Positions 16,507 through 24,587 of a stretch of 24,587 nucleotides of DNA are shown in pieces. Position 1 is the stretch's first letter. Each line of letters starts with the position of its first letter. Origin of the DNA: a virus (taxonomy: Duplodnaviria > Caudoviricetes); IMG/VR virus record IMGVR_UViG_3300020044_005059, positions 1 through 24,587 of that record; one strand, given 5' to 3'. Made by a program: the position numbers and the translations under genes. The notes under the pieces were generated by a model, which searched no databases, was not told the origin of the DNA, and saw nothing but the letters and a program-made list of their open reading frames with translations.

Positions 16507-18377
16507 AGTTCACATACTCCTGCAGTACAAGCTAACATCTGAGCACCTTCTACATTGTCACGATCTTCTGTGAACAAGTCCCAATTAATATTAGGTTGTG
16601 CATTATATAAGCTTTTATAAGTATCAGCATCAATAGTTTCATATGGGGCTTGATGGTAAGTACCGCCATCATCAGGTAAGAAACTGATACCAGTACACTC
16701 ATCAAAGTGTTCATATACCCATGCACCTACATCCATCCACTCATGTTCTTTAACAGAGATAGTTACTGAAGGCTTATGCTCACACCATTGACGTTGGTAT
16801 ACTAACCATAAGTCTAAGTGTTGCATAGCATTAAGGTCTTGACGAGTAAACCCTTCACATTTCATAGGGAAAGAGAATACAACTGTTTGTTCAGGCTTCA
16901 TAAAGCATGGTTCATTACTGACACCTTGCTCGATAAGGAACTGTGTTAATGGATCTTTAATATCCTGACGAATACGTCTGATGTAATATGGCGCATGACC
17001 AGGATGAATACCACTACTTGTTAATGTTAATTGAGATACAGTACCTTCAGGCTTAACACAAGTAATGGCTGCTGACTCAGGTACACCTAAGATCTCAGAC
17101 CATTCTTGATTTGTTACACGAGCTACATCACGTAGTTCAGCTAATAGTTCATCAAGGAACTGTGGACCTTCATCACGTAGGTTTTTATTATCTAAGATAC
17201 CAGTCATAGACACACCTAGTAGACGTTCCTTTTCAGTATTTTCTTTCCAGATATCACGAAGATAAGGGAAGAAAGTTAAGGTTGACTGCATGGTTCCCAT
17301 AATAGTAGCCACTCTGACCTTGTGTTTGAGGGACTCAGGAGTATCTTCTGGTGAGACAACAACGGTGGATAGGTTACAAAACTGGTATGGTTGTAAGATG
17401 ATTTCTGAACAGGGATTAGTTCCGTAATCAATATCATCTGGTCTGCGTCCCCACTTTGCTGCTTGTTTTTGTGATGCTTCACGATTAAAGATTCCTCGTT
17501 CACCTGAATGACTGTTATAGATGTCTAACCATTCCTTCATAAACTCACCCATAGAAGGCTTGCTGTTGTATACAGCTGAGTTATTAGCTAATGCACGTTC
17601 ACCGTGGTTCTTCCACCATTCACCTGCTTTAGCGGTAGCATGGTCATGATCGCCTAAGTCACCTAAGCTGATCATAGCACTACGTCTTACACCACCTACA
17701 ACAACTACCTCACCGATCTTACACATGATATCATGGCACTCGATAGGCTTTAGCTGACGCCCTTGGGCTAACATGAACTTGGCAATAGTATATTTAAACA
17801 ATTCCTCTAATGGACCGGGTCCAGAAGCACGACCACCAAAGGTCTTCAGAGGAGTACCTGCTGGCCTCACCTGAGAGACATCCCACTGAGGGATTACCCC
17901 ACTATATAGGTGCTCAATCAGCTGCTTGTAGGCATCACACCAGCCTTCCTTGCTATCCCCTACTACAATAGTAAGGTCTGATTCTGTAAGGGAAGGTACT
18001 TTAGGTAATGTAGAAGTATACTTAACCTCTGCCGAGAAGCCCACTCCTGTACCACATAATAGGATGTACATGGCTTCGTCAAAACAACGAGGATGGTCTA
18101 CAGGTAAGTAAGAACAATTGTATGCTGCTACGTTGGTACGCTTTAAGGCTTCTCCAGCGGTCATGATAGAGCGCATAGATGGTAGAACCTTTAGTTCTTT
18201 AATAGAGTTCTCTAGCATAGGCCAGATAGAATCATTAGGGTGTAGCTTATCTTTTAATTCTTCTTTAAAGAATTCAATCCAACGAGTAGAGGTTTCATTC
18301 CAGTTTTCTCTGCGCTTTTGTTCAGGTAAGTAGCGGGAATAACGAGATTTGGCAATTAGGTTTTGATAAGAGTTCAT
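16503..18377 (-). CDS. nrdJ: Class II (adenosylcobalamin-dependent) ribonucleotide reductase, monomeric RTPR-like
   Basis: YNCSY, GTGVGF, GGRASGP, GGVRRSA, TNPCSEI, CNLS, KPEGTVS and C-terminal CTAGVC; no beta-subunit gene adjacent; AAGGA RBS. Confidence 0.92.
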   Translation of the reverse strand: MNSYQNLIAKSRYSRYLPEQKRRENWNETSTRWIEFFKEELKDKLHPNDSIWPMLENSIKELKVLPSMRSIMTAGEALKRTNVAAYNCSYLPVDHPRCFDEAMYILLCGTGVGFSAEVKYTSTLPKVPSLTESDLTIVVGDSKEGWCDAYKQLIEHLYSGVIPQWDVSQVRPAGTPLKTFGGRASGPGPLEELFKYTIAKFMLAQGRQLKPIECHDIMCKIGEVVVVGGVRRSAMISLGDLGDHDHATAKAGEWWKNHGERALANNSAVYNSKPSMGEFMKEWLDIYNSHSGERGIFNREASQKQAAKWGRRPDDIDYGTNPCSEIILQPYQFCNLSTVVVSPEDTPESLKHKVRVATIMGTMQSTLTFFPYLRDIWKENTEKERLLGVSMTGILDNKNLRDEGPQFLDELLAELRDVARVTNQEWSEILGVPESAAITCVKPEGTVSQLTLTSSGIHPGHAPYYIRRIRQDIKDPLTQFLIEQGVSNEPCFMKPEQTVVFSFPMKCEGFTRQDLNAMQHLDLWLVYQRQWCEHKPSVTISVKEHEWMDVGAWVYEHFDECTGISFLPDDGGTYHQAPYETIDADTYKSLYNAQPNINWDLFTEDRDNVEGAQMLACTAGVCEL

Positions 18378-18401
18378 GATATCCTTTTAATTATTGTTCG
18401 G

Positions 18402-18418
18402 TATTAGGGGTCAACTAG
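18402..18418 (-). promoter_or_regulatory. Candidate phage RNAP promoter copy 2 (CTAGTTGACCCCTAATA)
   Basis: Same 12-bp core as 16228-16239; in the RNAP-nrdJ intergenic gap. Confidence 0.5.
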
Positions 18419-20616
18419 CAGAAAAAGTATTTTGAATCATAGACTTGTTGTAAGTCTAAATTACCTGCCTCAGGTTGAGGGTAAGCAAAGGTATTCTTAT
18501 GTAGCATCAATGTATCCATAAGATTGTTAAAGAAATCAGGGATATCATATTGAGCTACGAAGGTCATCTTAGTTACTTCCTGAAGAAAATCCACCTCACT
18601 GGCGTGAGTACTAAAGCTATCATGAACGGCAGCAAAGCTACTGTTAAAGATACTAATAGTATTAGCCATATGGGAGGCATCGTAACTATGTACCACGTTA
18701 GGACTAATACCAGAAGCAAAAGACCTTCTACAAGGGACTTTCTCTCCAGTTTCTTTATTGAGTACATCCACTTTGATAACATGGTTAATTCTACCTTTAG
18801 TATTTCCGGGTATACCTTTGATAGTACCCTTGTGTTTACGTTCATGTTGCAAGAAAGATTTATAGATGACAGGAAAGCCTGATGGTGTATGCCATGACAT
18901 TTGATTACGACCAGAGTTAAGCTCATGCTCTGCAATCTTCTGTAAATACTTAGTAGTCTTTAATGGACCAGAACAAACAGTGTTAATAGCCTTAATAAGG
19001 TTACTGGCTAACTCACCACACTCTTGTTCAGTGATATTGTATTTAACAGTGAACCCTTCTACGTGGCAATCATCGTACATGTTCTTAGCTATACGTTGTT
19101 TACCAGCTGAGTATGCACGAGTCATTGAACCTCTTTTAGCAATCCCTTTTCTGATGTCCTTCATGGGCATCTTTTTATTTTCAAAATAGTTAGGCATCAA
19201 TCCAATAAGTTCTTTAGCTACAGCTACATAGAAATCTTTTTGGATATCAGTAGGCATTAATGATACTAGCTTACCTGCTTGTTTATCCTTAGACATAGCT
19301 GCTAAGTGCTGCCAGCCATTGTTACTTCCATCAATAGGAATAGGAAAGCCAGATTTATATGGTAAGCCTTTAGCTTTACAACGCATATAGTTAGCTATCT
19401 CACAACAACAAGCAAGTAAACTATAAGGCTTTTCAGCTGATTGATCAATGTATTTTGTCTTAGCAATACTACTAACTATATTAAGGTTATTATCTACCCA
19501 AGCTACTCTATCTTCTAGAGTCATCTTATCAAGTGAAATAGTATCTAAACCTTCTTGAGTAAGATAAGCTTTGTAGTCAGTAGTAAAATACTTAGGTATT
19601 TCATTGATGTTAAATGATTTATTGTAGCATCCCGCTGTATGAACCTTTAGCCAGAACAAACCACGATCAGTTACTTCCTTTTTATTTTCGAATAAAAAGA
19701 GACTACGAGCCAAGTCACTACCCTGAAATTCTAAGAATGATTCAGCATAATATACTCGACCACGATAGTCACAAGATACTTCTTGATAGAATGTTCTATC
19801 ACCTACTAGCTCTGCTTTCTTTAGCACTTGGTTGTATTCAAAAAATTTACTTAGCATACGTTGTAGCTTAGGGTCTTTCTTACCTAAGAATGTTGTACCA
19901 TCTAAATGCTTAAGCTCTTTAGGTAGCTCTAAGTTTTCATAATGGATATTGTAGTTATACATTACACCATCATCATCTACTAGCTCTAATATTTCTTTAG
20001 GCTTAGTACATTGAATACCCTGTAGTACATCTAAGTTTACTTTCCAACCTTGTTGTCTTAATATCTCAAGTGACTTGACAAAAGGTTTATCGAGGTATTC
20101 ATGAAACAGTTTACTGTTAGTCCAACCCTTAATAAAGGGTTCTTTAGTAAGGTTACTGTATAGACCAGCAATAGGTAATAAAGGTTCAAATGAAGTACCA
20201 ATCAATGTTGGTTTAATATTGTCAGGCATGTTGACAATACGCACCATGTAAGGTGCTTTGAATCCTTCATACTCACGGAAGATATCTATAAGTCCTTCTT
20301 GGAGAAACGTTTCGAGTAGAATGTCTCCAAGAGCGAGAGTTGATTTGATGTTGCTCTCATCAGTTCCAATAGCTCTTGCGATTCGCTTTCCGATAAGGTC
20401 ACTTGCAAAAGTAAGTTTAACTGATGCGCTATGAGTTGCATTCTTGTTGCGAATACAGTAGCGGAGGAGTGTGTCCCACGATTCATTTACAAACCTTTCT
20501 AAGTCATATTCCCATGTTGGATGATGTGCTAATAGTCGAGCACCCTCATTATAAATCTTATCTGAGTTGACTACGACTTTAGCTACTCTTTCAGATAAGT
20601 ATTGTACTGGATTCAT
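18415..20616 (-). CDS. T7/T3-like single-subunit DNA-directed RNA polymerase (733 aa)
   Basis: DYRGRVY, FQGSDLARSL, DGSNNGWQHL (motif A), RKGIAKRGSMTRAYSAG (motif B), WHTPSGFPV, SPNVVHSYDASH, AVHDSF (motif C); TAAGGA RBS. Confidence 0.96.
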   Translation of the reverse strand: MNPVQYLSERVAKVVVNSDKIYNEGARLLAHHPTWEYDLERFVNESWDTLLRYCIRNKNATHSASVKLTFASDLIGKRIARAIGTDESNIKSTLALGDILLETFLQEGLIDIFREYEGFKAPYMVRIVNMPDNIKPTLIGTSFEPLLPIAGLYSNLTKEPFIKGWTNSKLFHEYLDKPFVKSLEILRQQGWKVNLDVLQGIQCTKPKEILELVDDDGVMYNYNIHYENLELPKELKHLDGTTFLGKKDPKLQRMLSKFFEYNQVLKKAELVGDRTFYQEVSCDYRGRVYYAESFLEFQGSDLARSLFLFENKKEVTDRGLFWLKVHTAGCYNKSFNINEIPKYFTTDYKAYLTQEGLDTISLDKMTLEDRVAWVDNNLNIVSSIAKTKYIDQSAEKPYSLLACCCEIANYMRCKAKGLPYKSGFPIPIDGSNNGWQHLAAMSKDKQAGKLVSLMPTDIQKDFYVAVAKELIGLMPNYFENKKMPMKDIRKGIAKRGSMTRAYSAGKQRIAKNMYDDCHVEGFTVKYNITEQECGELASNLIKAINTVCSGPLKTTKYLQKIAEHELNSGRNQMSWHTPSGFPVIYKSFLQHERKHKGTIKGIPGNTKGRINHVIKVDVLNKETGEKVPCRRSFASGISPNVVHSYDASHMANTISIFNSSFAAVHDSFSTHASEVDFLQEVTKMTFVAQYDIPDFFNNLMDTLMLHKNTFAYPQPEAGNLDLQQVYDSKYFFC

Positions 20617-20623
20617 AAGTTCC

Positions 20624-22237
20624 TTAAGCGAAATCTACCATTGTTTTCTTGTATAACCGACCTGTATCAGAATCATAATGTGTTGTACCACATCTGCCTG
20701 TCAAACCAGTTAGTCGTGACTTAAGTACTTGAAGTTGAATTGTATTACGAATTTCAACATCATCATTAGTCATGTCTCGTGCAAAGCCAATAATATCAAA
20801 TGCAATTTGTTTAATAGAGCCAGAGCCTTTGATATCATCTAATGAAGGTAGTTTACCTTCTTCAAATGGTGTCATACCAATACCTGATTTACGTAGGTGA
20901 CTGATAACACCTAACCAGATGTTATGCTTCTTAGTGATCTTAAGTAGGTCAGACATGAATGAATCAACTGCTTCATTACCAGTCTTACCCTTAGCACCTT
21001 CAGATACAGCAATAGTGATGTGATCTAAGATAATATACTTACAACCCATAAGAGCTAAGTGTTCCATCTTATCTACTAATGATTCATCACTAACAGAACC
21101 CTGATGGTCTAGTAATACTAAGCGTTCATCACCAAAGACTTCTTGGAATGCTTTATACTTTTCTTCTTCAGATACATCTTCTCTGTTTAAGTTACGCTGT
21201 AGTTTCATACCAATAAACTTTTCAGCTGTATCACCTACGGATTCCTCAAGTGAAACCATACCGATCATATCAGTTGTTTTAGCTAACAGCTCTAATACAA
21301 TCTCTTTAATAACAGTCGATTTACCTGAGCCAGTACCTGAAGTGAACAATACAATCTCACCCATACGCATACCTTTAATCTTATCGTTAAGACCATCAAG
21401 GCATTCAGGATAGGGGATAGATACAACAGAGTCTTTAAGCTTGTATTGTGTCCAGATGTCTTCGCCTTTAACTACGTCTGCTGGGCTATAGCTACGTGTA
21501 TTAAATACACATGACATGAGAGCCTCAACACCGTGTTTAGTTAGTACATCACATGGATCTTTCTCAGGTAAGGTAGCTACTTTAACTTTATCATAGCCAA
21601 TAATCTTGGCTGCTTGTTGAGTAGCTTTTTGACCGGGATCATCCATGTCAAGCATTAAGATTACTTCCTCAAATGAACGTAAGAACTCTCGTTGAGCAAG
21701 TACAGTTGACATAGCTGACGCAGATGGTAATGCGACCACGGGGTAAAACTTGTTATACTTACTATATTGGGCTTGTGCCACGGCAAGAGCATCCAATTCG
21801 CCTTCAGTAATAATAATACGTTTACTACCTGTGGAAACATTCTGACCAAACAATTCAGTGTTTTTAAAGTCACCATGTGTAGTGAATGTCTTAGGTAGCT
21901 TACGCTCTTTGTATGCAACAATGTTACCATCCTTAGTATAAGGATAGAAGTGACTAACGATAGAACCATCTTCACCATAGCTAACCTTAACACCATAGTG
22001 TGCAGCAACCACCTTATGGATGCCTCGTTCTTGAAAACCTCTTGTGTCATAGTTCTCGATTTCCTCTAATGTATGCATGGAATAATTCTCTTTGTGGTAA
22101 ACAGTTGGTATAAAGTTAGGGTCAATAGGAGAGGACTTCTGACAGCTAAAGCAGAAGCCCCATTCATCATCTTCTTTGTAGCTAAATGCGTCTGATGAAT
22201 CACACTTAGGGCATGGTGCATGTACCCATCTTGTCAT
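20624..22237 (-). CDS. T7 gp4-like DNA primase-helicase
   Basis: Zn finger CPKC...CFSC; TOPRIM TEGELDA and DMDDPG; Walker A GTGSGKST; ILDH, SHLRK, KGSGSIKQ, LKSR. ATG 22237 preferred because of the ATGA overlap with the upstream ORF. Confidence 0.96.
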   Translation of the reverse strand: MTRWVHAPCPKCDSSDAFSYKEDDEWGFCFSCQKSSPIDPNFIPTVYHKENYSMHTLEEIENYDTRGFQERGIHKVVAAHYGVKVSYGEDGSIVSHFYPYTKDGNIVAYKERKLPKTFTTHGDFKNTELFGQNVSTGSKRIIITEGELDALAVAQAQYSKYNKFYPVVALPSASAMSTVLAQREFLRSFEEVILMLDMDDPGQKATQQAAKIIGYDKVKVATLPEKDPCDVLTKHGVEALMSCVFNTRSYSPADVVKGEDIWTQYKLKDSVVSIPYPECLDGLNDKIKGMRMGEIVLFTSGTGSGKSTVIKEIVLELLAKTTDMIGMVSLEESVGDTAEKFIGMKLQRNLNREDVSEEEKYKAFQEVFGDERLVLLDHQGSVSDESLVDKMEHLALMGCKYIILDHITIAVSEGAKGKTGNEAVDSFMSDLLKITKKHNIWLGVISHLRKSGIGMTPFEEGKLPSLDDIKGSGSIKQIAFDIIGFARDMTNDDVEIRNTIQLQVLKSRLTGLTGRCGTTHYDSDTGRLYKKTMVDFA

Positions 22238-22392
22238 TGCCAATCCCTATTTTCTTTTAGCTCTCTGATTTCTTTTCTACGTTCTCTAGCTTCTTGTTGC
22301 GTAGTTCTTTTCTTAGTGAATTGCTGTTTGAATTCATCTTTGAGTTGAACATATTCAGGTAATGGTGTATCTTTAACTTTAGTCTTTTTCAT
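22234..22392 (-). CDS. Small charged protein (52 aa), not in ORF track
   Basis: MKKTKVKDTPLPEYVQLKDEFKQQFTKKRTTQQEARERRKEIRELKENRDWQ; ATGA overlaps at both ends. Confidence 0.8.
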   Translation of the reverse strand: MKKTKVKDTPLPEYVQLKDEFKQQFTKKRTTQQEARERRKEIRELKENRDWQ

Positions 22393-22808
22393 TTTGAAGG
22401 CTTAATAAATTTTACCGCACCAATGTTTCCATTGTACCAAACTCTTTCTCCATCTTCTGTAAGATCCCTTGAAAGTACTTCTGATGCCCATTGCTCTTGG
22501 ACCTCCCGATAAGTGAGCATTCCTCTACCGAAGACCCAGTCGAAGATAACAAAAGTAAATGATGATACTCCATAGTAGTTAATATCGTCCAGTAGTTCTC
22601 TGCACGAGGACTGATAATACTTCCAATCACTTTCTTTACGAGTGACAGTTCGTCTGGTTGCTCCGGGTTTAAGCTTCTTTGATTCACTTATTAATTGCTT
22701 TCTTCCAATGTATCGTCTTCCTGTTTGGAGGTTTTCGATGTAGTAGATAAATCCAAAGGCTCCGTCTGGTCTGTCTGTGAGAGGGTTCCAATGTCCGTAG
22801 TCAACCAT
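22389..22808 (-). CDS. GIY-YIG endonuclease (T4 endonuclease II/DenA-like)
   Basis: FGFIYYIENLQTGRRYIGRK, KESDWKYYQSS, conserved Glu (YREV), WYNGNI; TAAGGA RBS. Confidence 0.85.
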   Translation of the reverse strand: MVDYGHWNPLTDRPDGAFGFIYYIENLQTGRRYIGRKQLISESKKLKPGATRRTVTRKESDWKYYQSSCRELLDDINYYGVSSFTFVIFDWVFGRGMLTYREVQEQWASEVLSRDLTEDGERVWYNGNIGAVKFIKPSK

Positions 22809-23533
22809 GTGAGTCTGTCCTTAAGTTCTTCCATTGATAAGGGTCTAAGATCTTCATCAAATTCCCTGATATAAATACAGTTAGCGCACCTGACAAAATT
22901 ATTATACCATGTTTCAGGTTGTTTGTCTTTCCAGATCTCGATAACCTTATCCCACAGTTGGTTATTAGGTGTATCTTTAATTAGCTTCTCAGCTGTCTTA
23001 GCACCTACACCACGTAACCCTTGGATGTTATCTGTAGCATCACCTGTTAATATCTGTGACATTAAGAAACGATATGCTTGGATATCATCCATGTGGTATA
23101 TCTCATTGGTTCTAAAGTTATGATGCCATCCTGAGATAGCATTCAAGTCTTTGTCAATATGAGATACAATAAAGGTTTTACCTTCATCAAGAGCCTTACG
23201 AGCTGTAATGCTACATAGATCATCTGCTTCACCATTGTCACTAGCTACGCAGAAGTCTTTAGAGTATTCATATAGCATATCAATACGATCTTTAACCTCA
23301 GGTTCAATAGTATCTTTACGATTACCTTTGTAGGCTATGTCTACTTGATATCGGAAGTTGTTATTACCTTTAATAAAGACAACTCCGCTAGGTGCTCCGG
23401 TAATCTCCATGATCTCACCAATCTTTTTATCTAAAAGTTTCTTACATAAAGCTGGTGAGGGTTCTACAAAAGCAATCTGATACATGATACTATCTGCATC
23501 AATGATTGCTAAGTCAAATTGAGTATCAGACAT
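22691..23533 (-). CDS. 5'-3' exonuclease / RNase H-flap endonuclease (T7 gp6-like)
   Basis: IIDADS, YKGNRK, EADD, DKD, GDATDNIQGLRGVGAKTA; start at MSDTQF (23533) preferred. Confidence 0.92.
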   Translation of the reverse strand: MSDTQFDLAIIDADSIMYQIAFVEPSPALCKKLLDKKIGEIMEITGAPSGVVFIKGNNNFRYQVDIAYKGNRKDTIEPEVKDRIDMLYEYSKDFCVASDNGEADDLCSITARKALDEGKTFIVSHIDKDLNAISGWHHNFRTNEIYHMDDIQAYRFLMSQILTGDATDNIQGLRGVGAKTAEKLIKDTPNNQLWDKVIEIWKDKQPETWYNNFVRCANCIYIREFDEDLRPLSMEELKDRLTWLTTDIGTLSQTDQTEPLDLSTTSKTSKQEDDTLEESN

Positions 23534-23681
23534 TATCACACCATTCATAGAATTCTTCTAACAACTTTACACCTACTACTAATCCAGTTAATACTAACCC
23601 TAATACCATACCCACAACAATAATGGGTGATATTAAAATAACAGTTACAAACTTAATTAAATTACTAATGAACTTCTGCAT
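23526..23681 (-). CDS. Small hydrophobic (membrane) protein (51 aa)
   Basis: MQKFISNLIKFVTVILISPIIVVGMVLGLVLTGLVVGVKLLEEFYEWCDNV fills the gap between pol and exo, overlapping both. Confidence 0.65.
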   Translation of the reverse strand: MQKFISNLIKFVTVILISPIIVVGMVLGLVLTGLVVGVKLLEEFYEWCDNV

Positions 23682-24587
23682 ATGTCTTTCCAATGTGAGC
23701 GTCACCACCCATACAATTAATACCAAACCATTTAGGTGCTTCAGTGAACGCTTCAATGGCTAACTCTTTAACTTGTTCTGCATATTGATCTTCTACTACT
23801 ACAGCTAATTCATCATGATAGTGAATAGAAAAGTAAAAGTGAATACCTAACTCTTGTAGTTTCTTTTTAAGATAAACAATAGCTGCTTTACAAGTGATAC
23901 CTTCAGCTGTTTGTAATAAGTAGTTTAATACTTGATGCTTAGAAGATACGAAGATAATACGACCATCAATACCACGAATGAATGCTTTGTCTTTACCAAA
24001 CTGATTAGCAGTTCTTTCAAACATTTCTTCAAGCTTTTCTTTAAGTTCTTTTAATCCGGGGATTGAACTCTGAAACTTATCTATTGATTCTTGTCCTCGT
24101 TTAACATCTGTTTTTCCTGTGAGGATGAGTCCCAACTTTCCTGCTCCACCTCCAAATAAGAAAGCATATAGCCAAGGCTTAGCGAGCCTACGACTAACAT
24201 CAAGAGTGTTAGCATTCCGAGTATGAACGTCTCCATTGATCACCTCATTAGTAAACTCATCATTGTTAATGTAGTGACATAAACCCCGCATCTGATTACC
24301 AGCGGAATCAGCCCCAACGATTGATGTACCAGATTCGCATGTGAGAAGGCTTCGCATCTCTTTTCCGTATACTGAATCCACACTAGGCAGATTAGCCACA
24401 AGCTCATGCCTACAACGGAAAGTTGGAGTGCCAATAGTCCACATACGACCGTGAAGACGATTATCACCGGATCCTTTAACAGCTTCAATCCATCCTTCCA
24501 AGATACCTTTCCTTGATCGGATTGTATAGTATTCGCTAACCAATATAGCATCAGGGCCAAGCCGTTCAAGAGATGACTCGGTAATCT
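23665..24587 (-). CDS. Family A DNA polymerase, C-terminal part (runs off the window)
   Basis: Frame is open to the window edge (ITESSLERLGPDAILVSEYY...); motif A DSAGNQMR, GDVHT, motif B RRLAKPWLYAFLFG, LNYLLQ, motif C HYHDE. Confidence 0.95.
   Translation of the reverse strand, partial: ITESSLERLGPDAILVSEYYTIRSRKGILEGWIEAVKGSGDNRLHGRMWTIGTPTFRCRHELVANLPSVDSVYGKEMRSLLTCESGTSIVGADSAGNQMRGLCHYINNDEFTNEVINGDVHTRNANTLDVSRRLAKPWLYAFLFGGGAGKLGLILTGKTDVKRGQESIDKFQSSIPGLKELKEKLEEMFERTANQFGKDKAFIRGIDGRIIFVSSKHQVLNYLLQTAEGITCKAAIVYLKKKLQELGIHFYFSIHYHDELAVVVEDQYAEQVKELAIEAFTEAPKWFGINCMGGDAHIGKTYAEVH

Noticed and set aside
22389-22808. Mobile homing endonuclease or intron
   Set aside because: No C-terminal DNA-binding domain and no interrupted gene; better fits a DenA-like nuclease.
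16315-24569. Nested ORFs within trx, nrdJ, RNAP, primase, endonuclease, exonuclease and pol
   Set aside because: They overlap confidently assigned genes and show no independent evidence.
1-24587. CRISPR array, integrase, reverse transcriptase/DGR, stop-codon recoding
   Set aside because: No repeat-spacer array or such motifs seen; genes are full length under the standard code, and TAA, TAG and TGA all act as stops.

Overview
AT-rich segment of a tailed dsDNA phage with podovirus-like architecture. It has two convergent, tightly packed gene blocks meeting at a bidirectional terminator (~14453-14501). The + strand (to 14450) is a virion module: end of a tail nozzle-like gene, a tail-fibre-like gene, a GNAT-like gene and four putative internal/ejection proteins. 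It ends in a 1196-aa ORF that I read as a divergent single-subunit RNA polymerase resembling N4 mini-vRNAP. The - strand is a replication/metabolism module: family A DNA polymerase (partial), 5'-3' exonuclease, GIY-YIG endonuclease, primase-helicase, a second T7-like RNA polymerase, class II ribonucleotide reductase, thioredoxin, four tRNAs, Dps and small ORFs. Main finding: two very different single-chain RNA polymerases in a non-N4, non-T7 layout, with the candidate virion RNAP directly after a 1419-aa virion protein carrying an N-terminal thermonuclease (SNase)-like domain. Other observations are a repeated candidate phage promoter, paired Glu->Gln and Tyr->Phe changes in the DNA polymerase active site, and an apparent inversion in the first ~150 nt. 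All assignments are from motif recognition by eye; no searches were run.
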